From positions 13,020,001 to 13,084,000 of the forward strand of contig CM022671.1 in the NCBI GenBank assembly GCA_012295275.1: DNA of 64,000 nucleotides, read 5' to 3'. Below are positions 26,501 through 41,509 of this stretch, piece after piece. How positions within the stretch are numbered: the first letter of the stretch is position 1; every line of letters starts with the position of its first letter. The notes below the pieces were generated by a model that was not told the origin of the DNA, made no database searches, and saw only the letters and a program-made list of their open reading frames with translations. A program made the translations under genes and the position numbers. The DNA comes from Chrysomallon squamiferum (lineage: Eukaryota; Animalia; Mollusca).

Positions 26501-26914
26501 ATTGAGTTTTCTGTTGGTTACTCTTGGAAATAGTCTTAGATACTTAGATACACCAAATATGCAAGTGTACAACAAACACATCATTATAGTATTTTCTATG
26601 ACAAGATGGTTAACATTGAAATTCTTCTCCACCTTTTGTGTGCATTGATGTTAGGACTGTGTCTATTAAAACTAAATAGAAAGCTGACAAGCATAGAGAG
26701 TTTGTCACTTAAAAGCTGTGATAGTTAGGTTGGCCCTTTCTCAGATATCTTTTGTCAGTTTGTTCTGCTAATCTTTTTTTAATGCTTTATGAAGCTACAA
26801 TGCTATACAGTGGAGATAATTTATGTCACCTTCTTTCTTTGTGGCAATCCAAGTATATCAGGTTCAACTTCAAACGTTCAAGTAGATCTCACACAGTGAG
26901 AGGTTCTGCAAATT

Positions 26915-27535
26915 GGTGGCAGGAAAAAAACTAACAGGAATAAAAGTCACATAAAAAAAAATCAATATTTAGTATAGGAAAACAAAATCACAGGAAAAAT
27001 GTCACAATTTTTATATAACAAACTATATGGGTTTGTAGAGTATTGAATGTGGCATCATAATATGCATTGGGTAATTGTTAATCTTATTGATTATGTCACT
27101 TAGGCTAGATTAAAGAAAGAGGTTTTATGTTGTGCAAGGGTTATCCTTGGTCTAGCTTACTGATTAGGATAGATTTAATCTAAGGGCTTCCTATTTTAAA
27201 AGATTTATAAAATGGCCCAGGTTAAAATGTGTTTCACTATGTATTCTCCAGCTTGCTCTAGTATCAGAAGTATGTTTAATATGGAAGTTATTTGTAGCAA
27301 TAAGGGTGGTAACATAATCTCTTATGAGGGGTTCATGTATACCAAACATGCAAGTTGTGGTGGAAATGGGTGAAAAGATCTGGTGGTAATTGTTGAGGTT
27401 CATTGATAACAGTCTTACAGAGGGAGCACCCAGAAACAGTTCAACCCCACAACCATGCTGCAGATCAGACCCACGACCATCTCCCCAAAATATGCAACTT
27501 GATGAAAGGTAGATCATCAACATTAAAATCAAAGA
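26915..27535 (+). mobile_element. Mutator-like (MULE) non-autonomous fragment with FLYWCH zinc-finger relic
   Basis: Terminus GGTGGCAGGAAAAAAA with GGAAAAAxGTCACA subterminal repeats. From 27281: MEVICSNKGGNIISYEGFMYTK / LWWKWVKRSGGNC*GSLIT...PHNH (FLYWCH). Homologous in reverse to 47915-48526. Confidence 0.75.
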
Positions 27536-29487
27536 ACATTAACAAAATGTATATCTAAAAATATGATAGAGAATTTTTAATAAAAAGTGAATTTTAACAT
27601 GATTCAAACATTTATGCAGGTGGGTATATCTCAAAACTCTTTTGAAAGCATTATTTGTATCAGCTTCTGTTTTTTATTGTAATGAAACTTATAAGTTATA
27701 TTAATAGGGTTCTTTTCCCTTTTTCTGGAATCCTGAATCCATTTAAATTATAATTTTCTTGTGACAGATTATTTGATTGTCCAGTTTCAATTAACTTTGT
27801 AGCACATACCATAATATTTCACAATGTTTTCATTAAAATCAGTTTTTTTGTAGTTGTTCATGTCCTTTGGTAGTAACAGATTGTGGTTTAATTGTTTTTA
27901 GAGTAATATAATGATAGTACTGTATCTCTACAACTAGTTGTGATTTGAGTCAGTTGGCCATGTGTTCTAGGAGTAAATAAATTGTAGGATAGAAACTGAT
28001 AAACACCTCTCATGCCCACAGTCAAATTATCACTTTTTCACATCAGTTTTAATCCATCAGTGCTAAGGAATAACTTTCAGGGGCAATGAATCAGGAAAAC
28101 AAAATAAACTTGATTTCAAAATTAACTTACCATTGATTTTTTTTTTTCAACAAGTGAAACAAAAACTACTGAAAATTTATTTCTGAAAAAAAGGAAGATA
28201 ATTTGTTGTAAATTTTTTATATTGATGTTAACTGTGGAAAACTGGGGCAACTATTTGTAAAAAGCAACGATTTAAGCAATTTGCTACACAACAAAGTCAA
28301 CATGATAAAGATTTCCTACTGCACATTGTATTGCAAGTCTACTCATTCAGCATGAAATGTGACAAACAGGACAAATTTAATAGACTATGACTCAGTCCGT
28401 CTGATTGCCCTCTCACCTCAGAGCTGCAGTGATGAGATGAAATCTTGGATTACTTCCCCACTTTTCACCCACTTTTCAATATCCACTTGTCAATATCCAC
28501 TTGTTCTCATCAACCATCTGGTAAACTCAAAATATAACACCATCCAGTCAAAGCTTGTGACTTATCGTAGTGAGTTTTAAAATGATCCAGTGTAAGCAAC
28601 AAAAGTAGAGGAATGCTAAAAACTTATTTGCTTGTGAAGATTTGTTGCAGTTTATCATATGTGTTTGCTGGCATTATACCAGTGCTTGGATGGGTGAGGT
28701 TGATGGTGGGCAAACACTGCTGTCACCAGCTGGTTCTAGTGATTCATCTTTCATTAGTTAATTAGATCATTTGTCCACATTCAACAATTATTCATACAAG
28801 CCCACAGAAATTAGATTACTCTTCTTAGCTCTTCTCTGCTTTTTATGATAAACAAATTAAATTCATGCTTTAGTTTTGTGAAAACAATGACTGCTCATTC
28901 AACAGCTACAATGTAATTAACAAAAAAATGATGGGCTTCAATATATTTAATATAAAGTGCATGTTGTTGAATGTTTCATCTTTTTGCAACTCCTTTTTAT
29001 TTTTTCATTAAATACTGTTTCTAGTTTTCTTTCAGTTATTAAATGACAAATGCATCTGGGTTAAAATATGCTTGAAATATTTTTTCTTTTTATTAAGAAT
29101 TATAATTTTGTATGTTGAACAGTTCATAGCATTTTTATATGCCTATTTGGTTGCTATATTATATTTTTAATATGCTTGTAATTTTTAACAAATTATTAAA
29201 CAATATTTATTTTCATGAATTAAAATTAGTAATTAAATTTGGTGGTTCTAACAAGTAGAAACTACATTTTAACAATATATTTCTATATTTATTTATAATG
29301 TTGTATAGTGTCACAGTTGTTACAAATGGTATTAATAAAAGTAGTTATTTTTAATATTTTGTTGATTTTAATATTTTTACTTATTATTATTTTTGTTGTT
29401 TTTTGATAATTGTTTATTAAATATATTTATTTATTATTATCATCATCATAATCATCATCATCATTATTATTATTATTATTAATACAG

Positions 29488-29598
29488 CATGAGCCAAACA
29501 ACAACACAAAGGTATCTTACAGGATCATTGTGTCTCAAGTCACAGACAGAGGGCCTGCTGAGAAGAATGGAATGAAAATACATGACAAGATCATCAAG
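29488..29598 (+). CDS. PDZRN3/4: second PDZ exon of the PDZRN3/PDZRN4-like gene
   Basis: aataCAG|HEPNNNTKVSYRIIVSQVTDRGPAEKNGMKIHDKIIK|GTAAAT; 111 nt, phase 0, splices in frame to 17407-17517. Resembles PDZRN3 [27 protein letters not shown] (from recall). Confidence 0.88.
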
Positions 29599-32500
29599 GT
29601 AAATTACCAGCCTCAATATCTTGTTCCTTCTCAGAGCATCTATATCCATTATACCTACAGACTTTGATCAGAAATCCTAAATGTATAAAGCATAATCCTG
29701 GCAAATCTTTTTAACCTGAAGTAATTGCATACAAAATTCAGATTTCAACGAGAATAATCTTTGAAATGAAATTTAGGAAAAAAATTAGTAGATATCTAAT
29801 GTCAGTTCATAATGCCATTAAGTTTACAAAATTAAATGTTTTCAAAAGCATCACTGAATGGGAGATTAAATTTGTGAATTATTCTAAGCCTCATAAATAA
29901 TCTTTAAAATATACATGAATATAAATAATTAATAAGAGGGATTTATTTGGTTGTATTTGTGATAAAGTTCTTTTTTTTTTTTTAGTAGATAAATTACAAA
30001 CTATAATTTTATAATGAGTATCACTTTCTATTGGTTATGAATCTGATAAAGTCAGAAATATAAACAACTAACACTTGTAATAAGTGTGTGGGCACTTTGG
30101 GATGTAGGTGCATTGTTTGGTTCTGATTTGTATTTGTATTTGCATTTTTATTTATTTTAATTTATAAAAAAAATATTTTGTATTTTTAAATATTGTATAA
30201 TAATTCCCCTTTTTGTTCTGAGATTAATTTAAAAAGGCAAACCATCTGCAATCAAACTGTTTTTGTGCATTATAACTTAACAAAATTTTGATTTCAGCCT
30301 TAACCATTTGTGTAAAATTAAAACAGTGAATTTGTATAAGTGTGAAAAGCATGTACCTCAGGATGATACTGATACTGTGTGTATGTTTTAAATATATCGA
30401 AATTTAGTTATATGTTGGTATATCAACTGGTTCATATAATTTACTTTTTTGAGGCTGAGAAATGTAAAGCAGGTTTTGAATAGTGCAACAAGAACAAAAA
30501 TGACAACAAAATAATAACAGTAATAAATAATTAAAAAATAAGAAGAATTAGAAGAAATTAAATGAAAACAAGGAAAAAGTAATAGCAATACTTGTAAAAA
30601 ATACTAGCAAATATTTTGCTTGGACTTTTTATGGATGGACTTATAATTATCTTATTTAATTATATTTAAAATGGTGAAGGAAATTTTATAATTATTTTAA
30701 TATATTTAAAAAGACAAAATAAATAAATTAATAAAGTATTAAATTTTAAAAATCATAAATAAAAACAGTGAATAAAAAAAATATGATAATAAATAAAATA
30801 AAATAAATAAATAAATAATCATCATCCATTTATATAGAAGGAAAATGAAACCACAACTTAATAGTAAAAATTTAATGAAAGCATTGATTGCAAAGAAGAA
30901 TCTCTTAACAATAAGTAGGAAGTGAAATAATAAAATAACATTACAGTCACCATAATAGATGAAAGACAAGTCTGAGTAAATTATAATAATTTAAGATATG
31001 CTATGTAACAAAGAAGGACAGGTTCATGTCTTCTTAGAACAAAAACAACAACAACAAAAAAATATGTATATATAAGCAAGGAAGAAAGAAAAGTAAAAAA
31101 AGAAAAATCTGAAAGAACAAGAAGAATATTCTCTTCATGCAAGAAATTCTAATAGTCTCTTAAGGAGTCAGTTATAAATAGATGACCTGCTAGCAGTCCA
31201 CCATTCTCACACATTGGTGGATCTCAAAAATATGAAGCTTTATCCCATGAAAATAGCTAGCAGCAATGACCTCCCCCTTCCTAAGGATCCTCCTCCATCA
31301 GTATCCTTCTGCCAGAATGCTAAAAACTAATTTGTTTAGTAGAGGATGTTACTGGAAATGTTTTATGATACATGTTGCACATATAAATGTGTTTGCATTA
31401 TCTATGTATGTATATATATATTTTGTGTTTTTGTAAATGTGTGTGTGTGTGTGAATAATGTGTGAAAGTGGGAATGTTTGTATGCATGAAGGATATATTT
31501 GGATGTGAAAAAGAGTATTTTAAGTTCGTATTAAAAAAATATTCTTCCACTCTTTGTAAACCTATTTTTTTTAATTCAAAATAAACAAATGTATTACAAA
31601 TATTGTTCACATTTACATAAGAAAATACTACAACATCCTTGGCATTGGCACTTAAACACAGAGGAATTGTTAACATATTTTATGGCCATATCTTTTACTC
31701 ACATTTGTCAACATGCTAAGATGCTTGACTATGATAAGATAAAACAGTCAGTTTCCACTGGTGATAATGTTAGCATTTTCCTCTGACAGTTTGATGTAAT
31801 GATAAATAAATAAATAAATAAATAATAATAATAAAGATCATAATTTCAAAATGAAATAAATCAAGCACATATCTGCTGCCTATTTTGTGTCGGGTTCTGA
31901 ATATAGTATTTACACAAATTATCTTAATATTTTGGTTACTGTACAGAGTATGTTACAGTCTGAACAAATTATCATTGAGAAGGTAAAAAATCATATTCAA
32001 GTCAAAATGGACTATAACTGATGAGGAGAGATTCAATTATACAGGCTGGGAAATCACCAAAGAATAGGATCATATAGAGAGAGTGATGGGTATGCTGTCA
32101 TAAACTTCAGCATGCAGGCCTAGCCTTTTCCTAACAATGTGAATGTCTTTGATGTGGACAATAAGAAATATTTGAGGACAAATGCAGTTTGAAATTTGTT
32201 AGGAAAGAATTGCAGAGGTTCAAGTGCCTTATGTCATTGTCATAAATAACAACCCTTAATTTCCAGTTAATGACACATGTTTTGAGCAACCTTTTGCTTT
32301 TTTTGATAAGGAAACTGAAAAAAACCTCTAGCACGTCAAACATAACTTAAATTCATATTTTAATATACAGCAGATTATTATTACTAATTTCCTATTCTTT
32401 TTGCCTCTCTAATTCATTTTTTTTATTTATTATTATCATTTTTTCAGTTTTATTAAGTTTTTCTAAAATATTTCTTGAATAACTTTTTCTAAAATATTCC

Positions 32501-35500
32501 TTTTATAATTGAAATTTACCACATTCTTAGCACAACAGAATACAAAATAAAAGAATAAATTACCTATTTTAACTAACAGCACAGTGTAACAATGTAATTA
32601 ATATTTTTTAAAAATGTAATATTTTAATCTTTTAAAATATTTATTTTTATTTTATTTTATGGTTATTGCAAAACCTCAGAAAATATGATACTGAAATATT
32701 AATTTTAATTTTAATGCCAGCCATCCTAAAACAGATTTTGTGTATTCATAATGTAAATATTTAGATTAACCAAAATAATAACATAATAACATAATGTTAT
32801 AGCTATCAAAATTTATGATGTCCCTTCTTAGGACTAAGCACTCTAATGAATGTCAGAGATCATCAGAAGTGTTTCATTTGTGACTAATCCCCTTTTGAGA
32901 TGCTGACTAAAAATCAAGTGTTAAAGTCACGCTAACCAAAATATTGCTCTGTAGTAATACATATTTAGTGTGACTAGGTTTGGAAAGTGCTTAAAAGTTC
33001 TGTATAGCACCTCAAATTAAATTTCATCTCAAGTGGTTACCAGAAAGAGATTGAAAATTTTGGTTTCACACAATTTGTCACTTCAAACACCCTCTGATTA
33101 TACATCAGCATACTTGACAACATCTAAATGGCAAATCATGAAATGAGGAAATGGAGAAAAATTTGTAATACCAACTCCTCTGTCCACATCATTAAGAGGG
33201 GATACAAACAGTGATGTAAAGAAATGCTGAAGAGTAAAGGACTGCTGAGTCATGGATGACTGTTTCTATTACCCATGTGCTCTGACTGACAAGCCTTTAG
33301 GAAGCATGACTTAGTTAAATCATACCTTCTTTTGATTTCTGCAGTCTGATTGCACTTCTGCCAGGAGGATCACTGATTTAATTACACTTAATTATTGCAT
33401 TATCCTTGCAGTGAGAGGCCGAGTGAGGTAGTGAGAGGAAAACGGTGAAACTGAGACTAAGAGAATAAAAGAGAGACGGGTGAAAGAAAGATCCAAAATG
33501 ATAATGCTAAAATTGTGCAACAGTATCAAGATTTTAATTAATTTTTTTTAGATTTTTATTTTACTTGAGGGATATTTTTACAGTGTTGTAAAATATTGAG
33601 ATTTTAAGCATTTTTTTTTTTTTTTTTTTTAATTAGGCAAGTGTATAACTCTTTATTTATTATTTCTTGATATCTGTTAAAAATAATTAATAATTTTGTA
33701 GGATTTATTATTTCACTACATCAAAACTGTATCAATAGAAAATATCAGTTTTAAATTAAATTAAAAATTAAACACTTGTATTAGATATTTTTTTCTCTTC
33801 TTTTTGAAAGAATATATTTGTTTAATGTATTTTCTTAAGATACCAATTTAAGAGAATAATTTTTACAGATCATTTCAACTATAAGTTTTAGCAAATAAAC
33901 CAATGATATGTTATAGCTTATGCATTACAGTTCATCTTCATTGTTCAGTTTCTTAAAATAAAATTGACTGAATATACAAATAATGATACTTTCAAAAATA
34001 AAATTAAAAATTTGAAATTGTTAAACACAGTATAACTTCATAAAAATAATTTAACTTTATGAAATTTAATTTCTGTTAGTCTGAATCATCACAGTCCTCA
34101 ATTTAAAATTCCGTTTTCATTTTTTTTGTCTTTTCATTTCTCTTTCTCTCTCTTCTACTTTTTTTCAGACAAAATTTTTATAAATAAATTGTTGCATAAT
34201 GTTTAATGATATTGTTTTTAAAACTGAATAATCTCTTTTGCTCATCTTCAGTTTAATATCATATCTTTTCTTCAGACAAATTTTTATAAACAAATATTTA
34301 AATAATATTCACCATATAGTTTTTAGAACTTGTACATACAGAAACGAACACACCCTATTCTTGGTTAAATCCTTCATCTTTTCTATAGAGAATAACAGAA
34401 ATATTCTTTACATCTGAGTTACATTCTAACAAATCATATGGAACTCAAAATGAATGTTATTCTGAATTTACTTAAGTGTATTTGTTTTTTAATGATGTTT
34501 TACCCCACATTTTCTATTTTGCTTGTACTGTAGCTGCTAGCAGGAGAAGGAAATAAACCATAATTTTCATTATTTTATTTTATTTTATCGTGGTCATAAA
34601 TTGAGTAGTAGAGTAGCTATAAAAACAAATTCATTTCTATAAAATGTGGCTTTGGAAAGATTAATGTTGAGACATTTAATCTGTTTCTGTTAAAAATAAC
34701 AAAGTGAAAAAATGTAGAAATAAAATCCATAAATGTGGAAGAAATGTAATCATCAATTAACTTAGAAATCTCAAAAACACCCACCTCAAGCCAAATTCTT
34801 CTCACTTCTATACAAACCACTTGTTTCATGCATTCCACAATTTCCCTGAGGAATTTTCTAGCAAACTATCATTAACATGTATGAGGCAGTCTAAAGAAAA
34901 TCTAGCAATGAATTGTAGTCACATTTGTGAAATTTGTTGCAGACCTTGCTGAATGCCAAGACATAACTTTTTGGTGACACTTTATGGTCTGGGTATACAA
35001 TAAGTGCTTTTTAATAAGACTTTATTAGATCTGGTCTGACTCACCAACTGTTCAATGAGTTTTGTATTTAAAATATATATTCTTTTCTAGATTCTAAGAA
35101 TATCAACATCATTTGATGTAATGGTCACATCCAACAATCAATTTTAAAATAGTAGTTGAAAAAAAATATATAGCCTTGTTAGAATGAATATCCATTAATA
35201 TATATTTCCAATTACAGACATGTTCAAGTAGATTTATAATTGGCACAGATTCTCCCTCATTCTCACATATCACATATCAGAAATATTTATTATTATTATT
35301 TTTTTTTTTATTAATGTTTTGTTGTTTTTGTTTTTTGTTTTTTGTATTTTGTATTAATAATAATGCACTAACAATAATCCATATGTTTTAAGAACAAGAA
35401 CTGTTGTATTTTAATATAATTCATATTTAACTTCTAGTATTATGAAAAACAGATAACCATACTGTTTCTTATTTAATCATACAATGTTCAGTGCTTCTCT

Positions 35501-37670
35501 AACTGTATCAAATCCTTTGTACTATATCATATCTTCTGTTGTTAATATTGTCTCCAGATACCTGTATGTCTGAGTTTTTCATACACTCATTACTGACTTT
35601 GTTTACTGTATACGCATGTCACCCAAAACATACAGACAGCCAGATAGGTGCATTCACACAGACATGTACTAAAATGTAGATACAAAGATAAATACAATCA
35701 TAACTTCATACTTTCATAGAAATACACTTAGACTTTGTCTGTAAATAGCAGACTTATACACATGTTTTCAAAGCCCCTAATATTATTTTTCCTTGAAATC
35801 TTTAAAAAAATACTAAAATGCCTAAGTAATGTCCACTGCAGACAGGATAAAGTCCACAGCAAGAGACTATAAAAGACTGGACTAAGGTGAATATGGCAAT
35901 TGTGATTATGGAATGTTGGAGGTGAAAGCATCTTGTTTGGCCAAACCAAACGAAACCAAAACAAATGAGATGTCAGTAAACTGAGAGAAAGAAGGATGAT
36001 AATCAAGAAAAAAGATACAATTGCTTTTTTGGTAAAAAAAAATAAGTTTTCTGTGAACATGTCGCTAAGCTTATTGTGTTTATGTTTTTTTGCAGGAGAG
36101 AGACTGCAATGCAGTGAGTGGCAAAATCTGAAATAATCCTGATATAGTTATGTCACATTTTAAAGTCATATATTTTATTGAAAAATTATTAATAATGTCA
36201 GCTTCATTTAATTAGAAATACTATTGCTGTTAAAGATGTCATCAGATGTTGTTTTTTTTCGTTTTTTATATGCATTTGCATGTGCACATGTGTTTGTGTA
36301 CTTGTCTCTGAGAACTGAAGACAAATCATGAAGGTGCTTTTATAACAATGAATGAGATAATGGATATGACTGAATGTATATAAGGATTTTAGACATGAAG
36401 CAGAAGGATGTTAATCAAAAATTATTTAGGCAGAACTATAATGATGATGATGATATTAATAAAAAAAATAATAGCAATAATAACAAAAGCAACAAATTTG
36501 TAAGAATCAAGTACAGTCAGAAAAATAATTAAAATTTGCACATTATGTCACTGTCTTTGTGATTTAGCACACTAAATAAATGCTGTTCTTTAAGATACAA
36601 AAAAGAATAAAAATACATATAAAAAATATATCCATCCTTTTCTGATCAGAGTATATTCAGGTGTCCTGGTTTCCCAATGGGAAAATCTGTTTGACTCAGC
36701 AAATCATTTATAATGATTTATTATAATGGTTAATTAACCAGCTTAACTTCCTTATTTAACATTTAAAAATGATTGCAATTACATGCTTATAGAAATATTA
36801 AACATTTTAATTTGTTATTGCATTTTAAAATTATTTTATTAATTCCTTTTTGACACAGGGGTCGAATTTTTTAAACATATGATATTATTTTATGATGTTT
36901 ATGATCAGTTTCATCAAGAGCATTCAATCAACTATTTTAAAATGTAGTAATACCCACTGAATCTATAAGTTTGTGTGTCCTGGGCATACAACCAAGAACT
37001 TAGGATATTTATCCAGGATTAATTTTAGTATTTTTAATGTTAGAATTCACTTTGTTATAGAAATAATATTATCATGTAGTGGTCACACATATATATCCAG
37101 TTATGTAAGGATTGAGGTACATCCTGAGATTTGATTTACTCCTTGGTTATAAGGCCAGAAGCTAAATTAATGTATCACCACAGCTGGTAATCTGATCAAG
37201 CAAAGTTTTTTTTTTTTTATCCATTTCCCTAGTTAGCCATTATCACTGAGGCCTGGTTATTCAATGGTCACGTTAATTGAGAGTTGTTTTCATTGGACAC
37301 TTGGCAGTCAGGGACTAGCTGTTTCTCAGATAAATTTTCAGTGTTGCTTAAGAAATGCCTAGTGAACTGGAAGTCATTTTTTTTCCTCTGAAAAAGGATC
37401 CATCTTCATGCTTTAATTGTATGCAAACACATTAATTGTATGTTATGGAAGAAATTGATGACACATGCTTTGTTTTTGGTGTTAATGTTTGCAATGAGGA
37501 CTGACTAGAAGACAGACTAGCATTGTAACTTGAAATTGTCTTTAGAAAAGTTAATGGATAACAAAATTATGATTTTTGTTTGTTTTATTAATACATTATT
37601 AAGAATAAACAGGAAAGATTCTATCTCCAAGAAAATGATGTTATTTTATTGTTGTCTTCTGATTATAGAA

Positions 37671-37707
<37 letters not shown>

Positions 37708-40700
37708 TTTTGCTCCTTTTCTTTTAATTTTCTATTTAATACATTTTTATAGAAAAAATCATGTCATTAAAAAATATATATGTGGCTTCTTTTTCCTTTT
37801 CATTAGTAAAATAATTTTTTCTTTTTTGTATTGTTTTTGATTTATTGTTAGAAAAGCAAGCAAGAAGTATTTTTTAAAATCAGTCAGTTGTAAAACTGTA
37901 TTTCTATTGTCTGTGTTATGAAACCATTATTGTGTTGTTTCAATGTGGCTTTTTTCCTATTAAGACCAAAGAATAACATTACTTTGCCAAGTGTATCATT
38001 AAACAAATTTCACTGCAGCTGATTTAGAGTGGTGATTTTGCCAAAGGCAGCACAATGATTGCCTTTTAACATGATTATGTGAAACAGACGACAGGACAAA
38101 ACTTCTTTCCTCCTCCATTTTATTAGTAATCAGCTTTTTCCAAAACATTTTTCTTTCCAATTTTTTTTCTAAGGTTGTATTAGGCTCTTCATTAAGAATT
38201 ACAACAAACAATGATTGAGTGCTAATTAAGAGATCCCATTTCTTAGCAAAGGAAACAATAACATTGCAGTATTGAAAATCAAGATTACCTTTCATCAGAT
38301 TAAAGTGAACAATAGATGACAATGCAGCATTCTGGTAAAAAAAAAAACACTATTTGTTTACAGTTGATCAAAATTGATCAACTTGAATAAAAACTTTCTT
38401 GATTTTTTTCTGATAACCTTTCAGTGTTGTGTTGTTGAAGTAAATAGCAATTGCTGCTGTCATGATACATGTTATTAATTGCTATTTGATATTAAATTTG
38501 TGTCTGTAATTATGTTCTCAGTTGTACTTGTAACCTTTTTGAGAAAACCAGTGCAGATGTTCATGTTGTTTTCTATGCATCTGCATAAATCATCAGTTAT
38601 CATGCATTTTAAATTATTACGTTTTATATTACTAAAATAATAAATCATCATTGCCAATTTCAAAGAAATATAAATTAAAATATAAGTTTCAACATTTTAA
38701 CTTTTGTTAAAGCTATTATTTCATGTTAGGAAAAGATATTCCTGATTGAAAGAAGCCAATATCTTTGAAAAAAATACATTAATAATCAAATATAAATTGT
38801 TTTATAGCTGAATAATACTGGCAAAAATACAATTATATTTTCAGCTATTTATTATTTGTTTCTTCAGTAGATTATATTTTTATAATAAATAATAAAGTTA
38901 TTTATTATTAGACTTCTACTATAGTTTTACATACACCAAAACTCATTAGTTATTTTTGAAACATTTTTTGTTATTTATTTATCTATTTACTAATTTACTT
39001 TTTAAGGGTATCTTTAATAGATTTTGTATTTTTCCATCTGAGTTCATAATTATAACAAATAAATTGTTGACTTAGGAAATTATCTAAATATTAAACTCAT
39101 ATTCTTTCTCTCCACCACTCATTAAAATTTTTAAACTGCTTGAGAAAGAAAATTAGACTTTCTAATAAAAATCTACACTGATCTTACTGCAGTTTATGTA
39201 CAGTAATACAGGTACACTGATCAGACAGCAAGCTGAACTGAGGCCCTTAGGCAGATCTAATGCCACATATTTCTTCAGTTATCAGCTATGTTTGGTCATT
39301 TTTGTCAGGATCTTGGCTGTTAAAAGCTAATGTTTGGTCAGAACTCTGATCACATGTTATATGTTATATGGTCTGTTTAAATATTCCTCCTATCAGCAAA
39401 GACACAACACCAGAGTGCTGGCTCAGTTTTATCCTATTCATTGAGATCAGACTGGAAACCTGTATATATTTTTGTCATGAATGTATTAATCTGTTTGTAT
39501 TATATCCTTGTCATGTATTCTAGATGTAATAATCTGTTATTTTATTGTTATACATTCTAGAAGTAATAATCTGTGGCATCATTGTCACATATTCTTTATG
39601 TAATAATTTGTTAATATTATGTTTTTGTCATAAAAGTATTATTGATGTTATATGTGGTAGCTGTATACGATTTTTTATCTATTAATATATAATAATATGT
39701 TGTTGTCTGGTTAATATGGAACACAAACATGTTTAATCAGGTTTATTAATTAGAAAATTATCACATATGGAATTTATATATTTTTTATTTATAAACTTTA
39801 ATAAATTATTTAGTTGTTAGGTACACAGCTTAGGTCTAATGACATAGATATATCTATTAATTTCAATTATATTTTCAAGTAGACAGTATATTGCTATGAA
39901 ATAAATGAAAATAGTCCATTTGTTATTAAAAATCTTTTCAGACTTAGATCAGTAGATCAACCTGCCACAGACCACAATATAACAAGCATGTGGGATCTGC
40001 CATGGTTATGATATCAAGATAAATAATCTTCCACTGAAGAATAATAATCAGTAGCATCACTTTTATGGTCATAAATATTTTTTCTGCATTCTTAATTAAT
40101 CTGTCTCACAAACAAACTAAAATATTTTGTAATAGCATCAGCTTCATTTCCCTTGAATCATATTAAATGAAAGAGATTCAGATTTAGGCATAAATCTCTG
40201 AACCATCAAAATACTGAGCTTGGGTGAATTTATGCCGAAATAACAATTGATATTGTTAAAAAAGATATGTCTGTTTAATAGTTGGTTCAAGTATCTGTCT
40301 TTGATGTGCATTTTATTTATTGTACTATGGGGACTAATTTACCATCTGTGAGCATGCCCTATGTAGTCTAAGGTTGTGATACTTAGGAAATAATTATTGA
40401 TCCTGTGAGGAATATTTTAGTTTATGTGTTGTTGAACAGGTTTTTCTGAGTGTGTGTGTGTGTTTTCAAATGCTTGTTTGTAAAATTGTCAATGTAATTA
40501 TTTTGACTTTTGACTTGCAGTTTGTTGATCTTTGAGATGTGTTTAATATTTTATAATCACTTAATTAAATTGTCTGATAGACATAGTTCCTCAGTGCTGA
40601 AAAAGGTCACATTTGATATTTGTCCATTCATTTTGAAGATGAAATTAAAATAGAGTGGAATGTTAAATAAAGAAATTAACTAGTAAAATGATTCATTTTC

Positions 40701-41509
40701 GTAAATATATATTTTTTATATACCAGAGATATAGTGAGCACAATAGATAAGATATTAGTTTCCAGTGTGAATTAAGCAACAACATTTAGTATTGGTTTGC
40801 TTCTTTCAGATTTTTTCACTGTGTGTGCCTGAAAAGAGAATATTATTTTTATTTATTAATTATCCCATAATTATGTTAATTTCTATTTTATTAATAATTA
40901 GTGTACATTTTTTTCATTGGTAGGATTTTTATTTGCTTTTTCCAAATTTCTTTCAGTCTCTTTATTTACATACCTTATAGGTATAGTAAATAGTAAATCA
41001 AAACAATATTTGATAATGGTTCTTTGCACTATTGCAATAAATGATAAGAGAATCAATTTTCACTTACTAATTAATATTTTATTAATAAGAAGAATTTAGA
41101 ATTTCAAATTAACAAACATGCATTTTTCCTTTTTTAAAATATGTTAACTATTATTTATTAGCAGTTTTGCAAGGTAACAGTTCTCTCAGGATATGAGTAT
41201 ATGTTGTATCTTAGACACCAATGAAAACTCTGCTTGGTAAGCTGGGGAACCAAGAAAACTCACGGGCCATTTTAGTCACAAAATTCCTGTGATTAAAAAT
41301 GCCATGCATTTCACTCAAAATGGTCAGGCATTATACAAAATGACTAATGTGATTCAAGTCTTATTGTTGACACTTCTGTACAGGCTTTTGTCCTTAAATA
41401 ATGATAAAATCACATTTTAAAAACAGAGATAAATAAATTGGTTATATAATTTAAAATACAACTTAATATTACTTCTTATAACCAGTAACTTAATATTCAG
41501 CTTTAGTTA

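Noticed and set aside
32150-33191. 11-bp inverted match TGATGTGGACA/TGTCCACATCA
   Set aside because: Isolated and crosses neighbouring stems rather than nesting; expected by chance.
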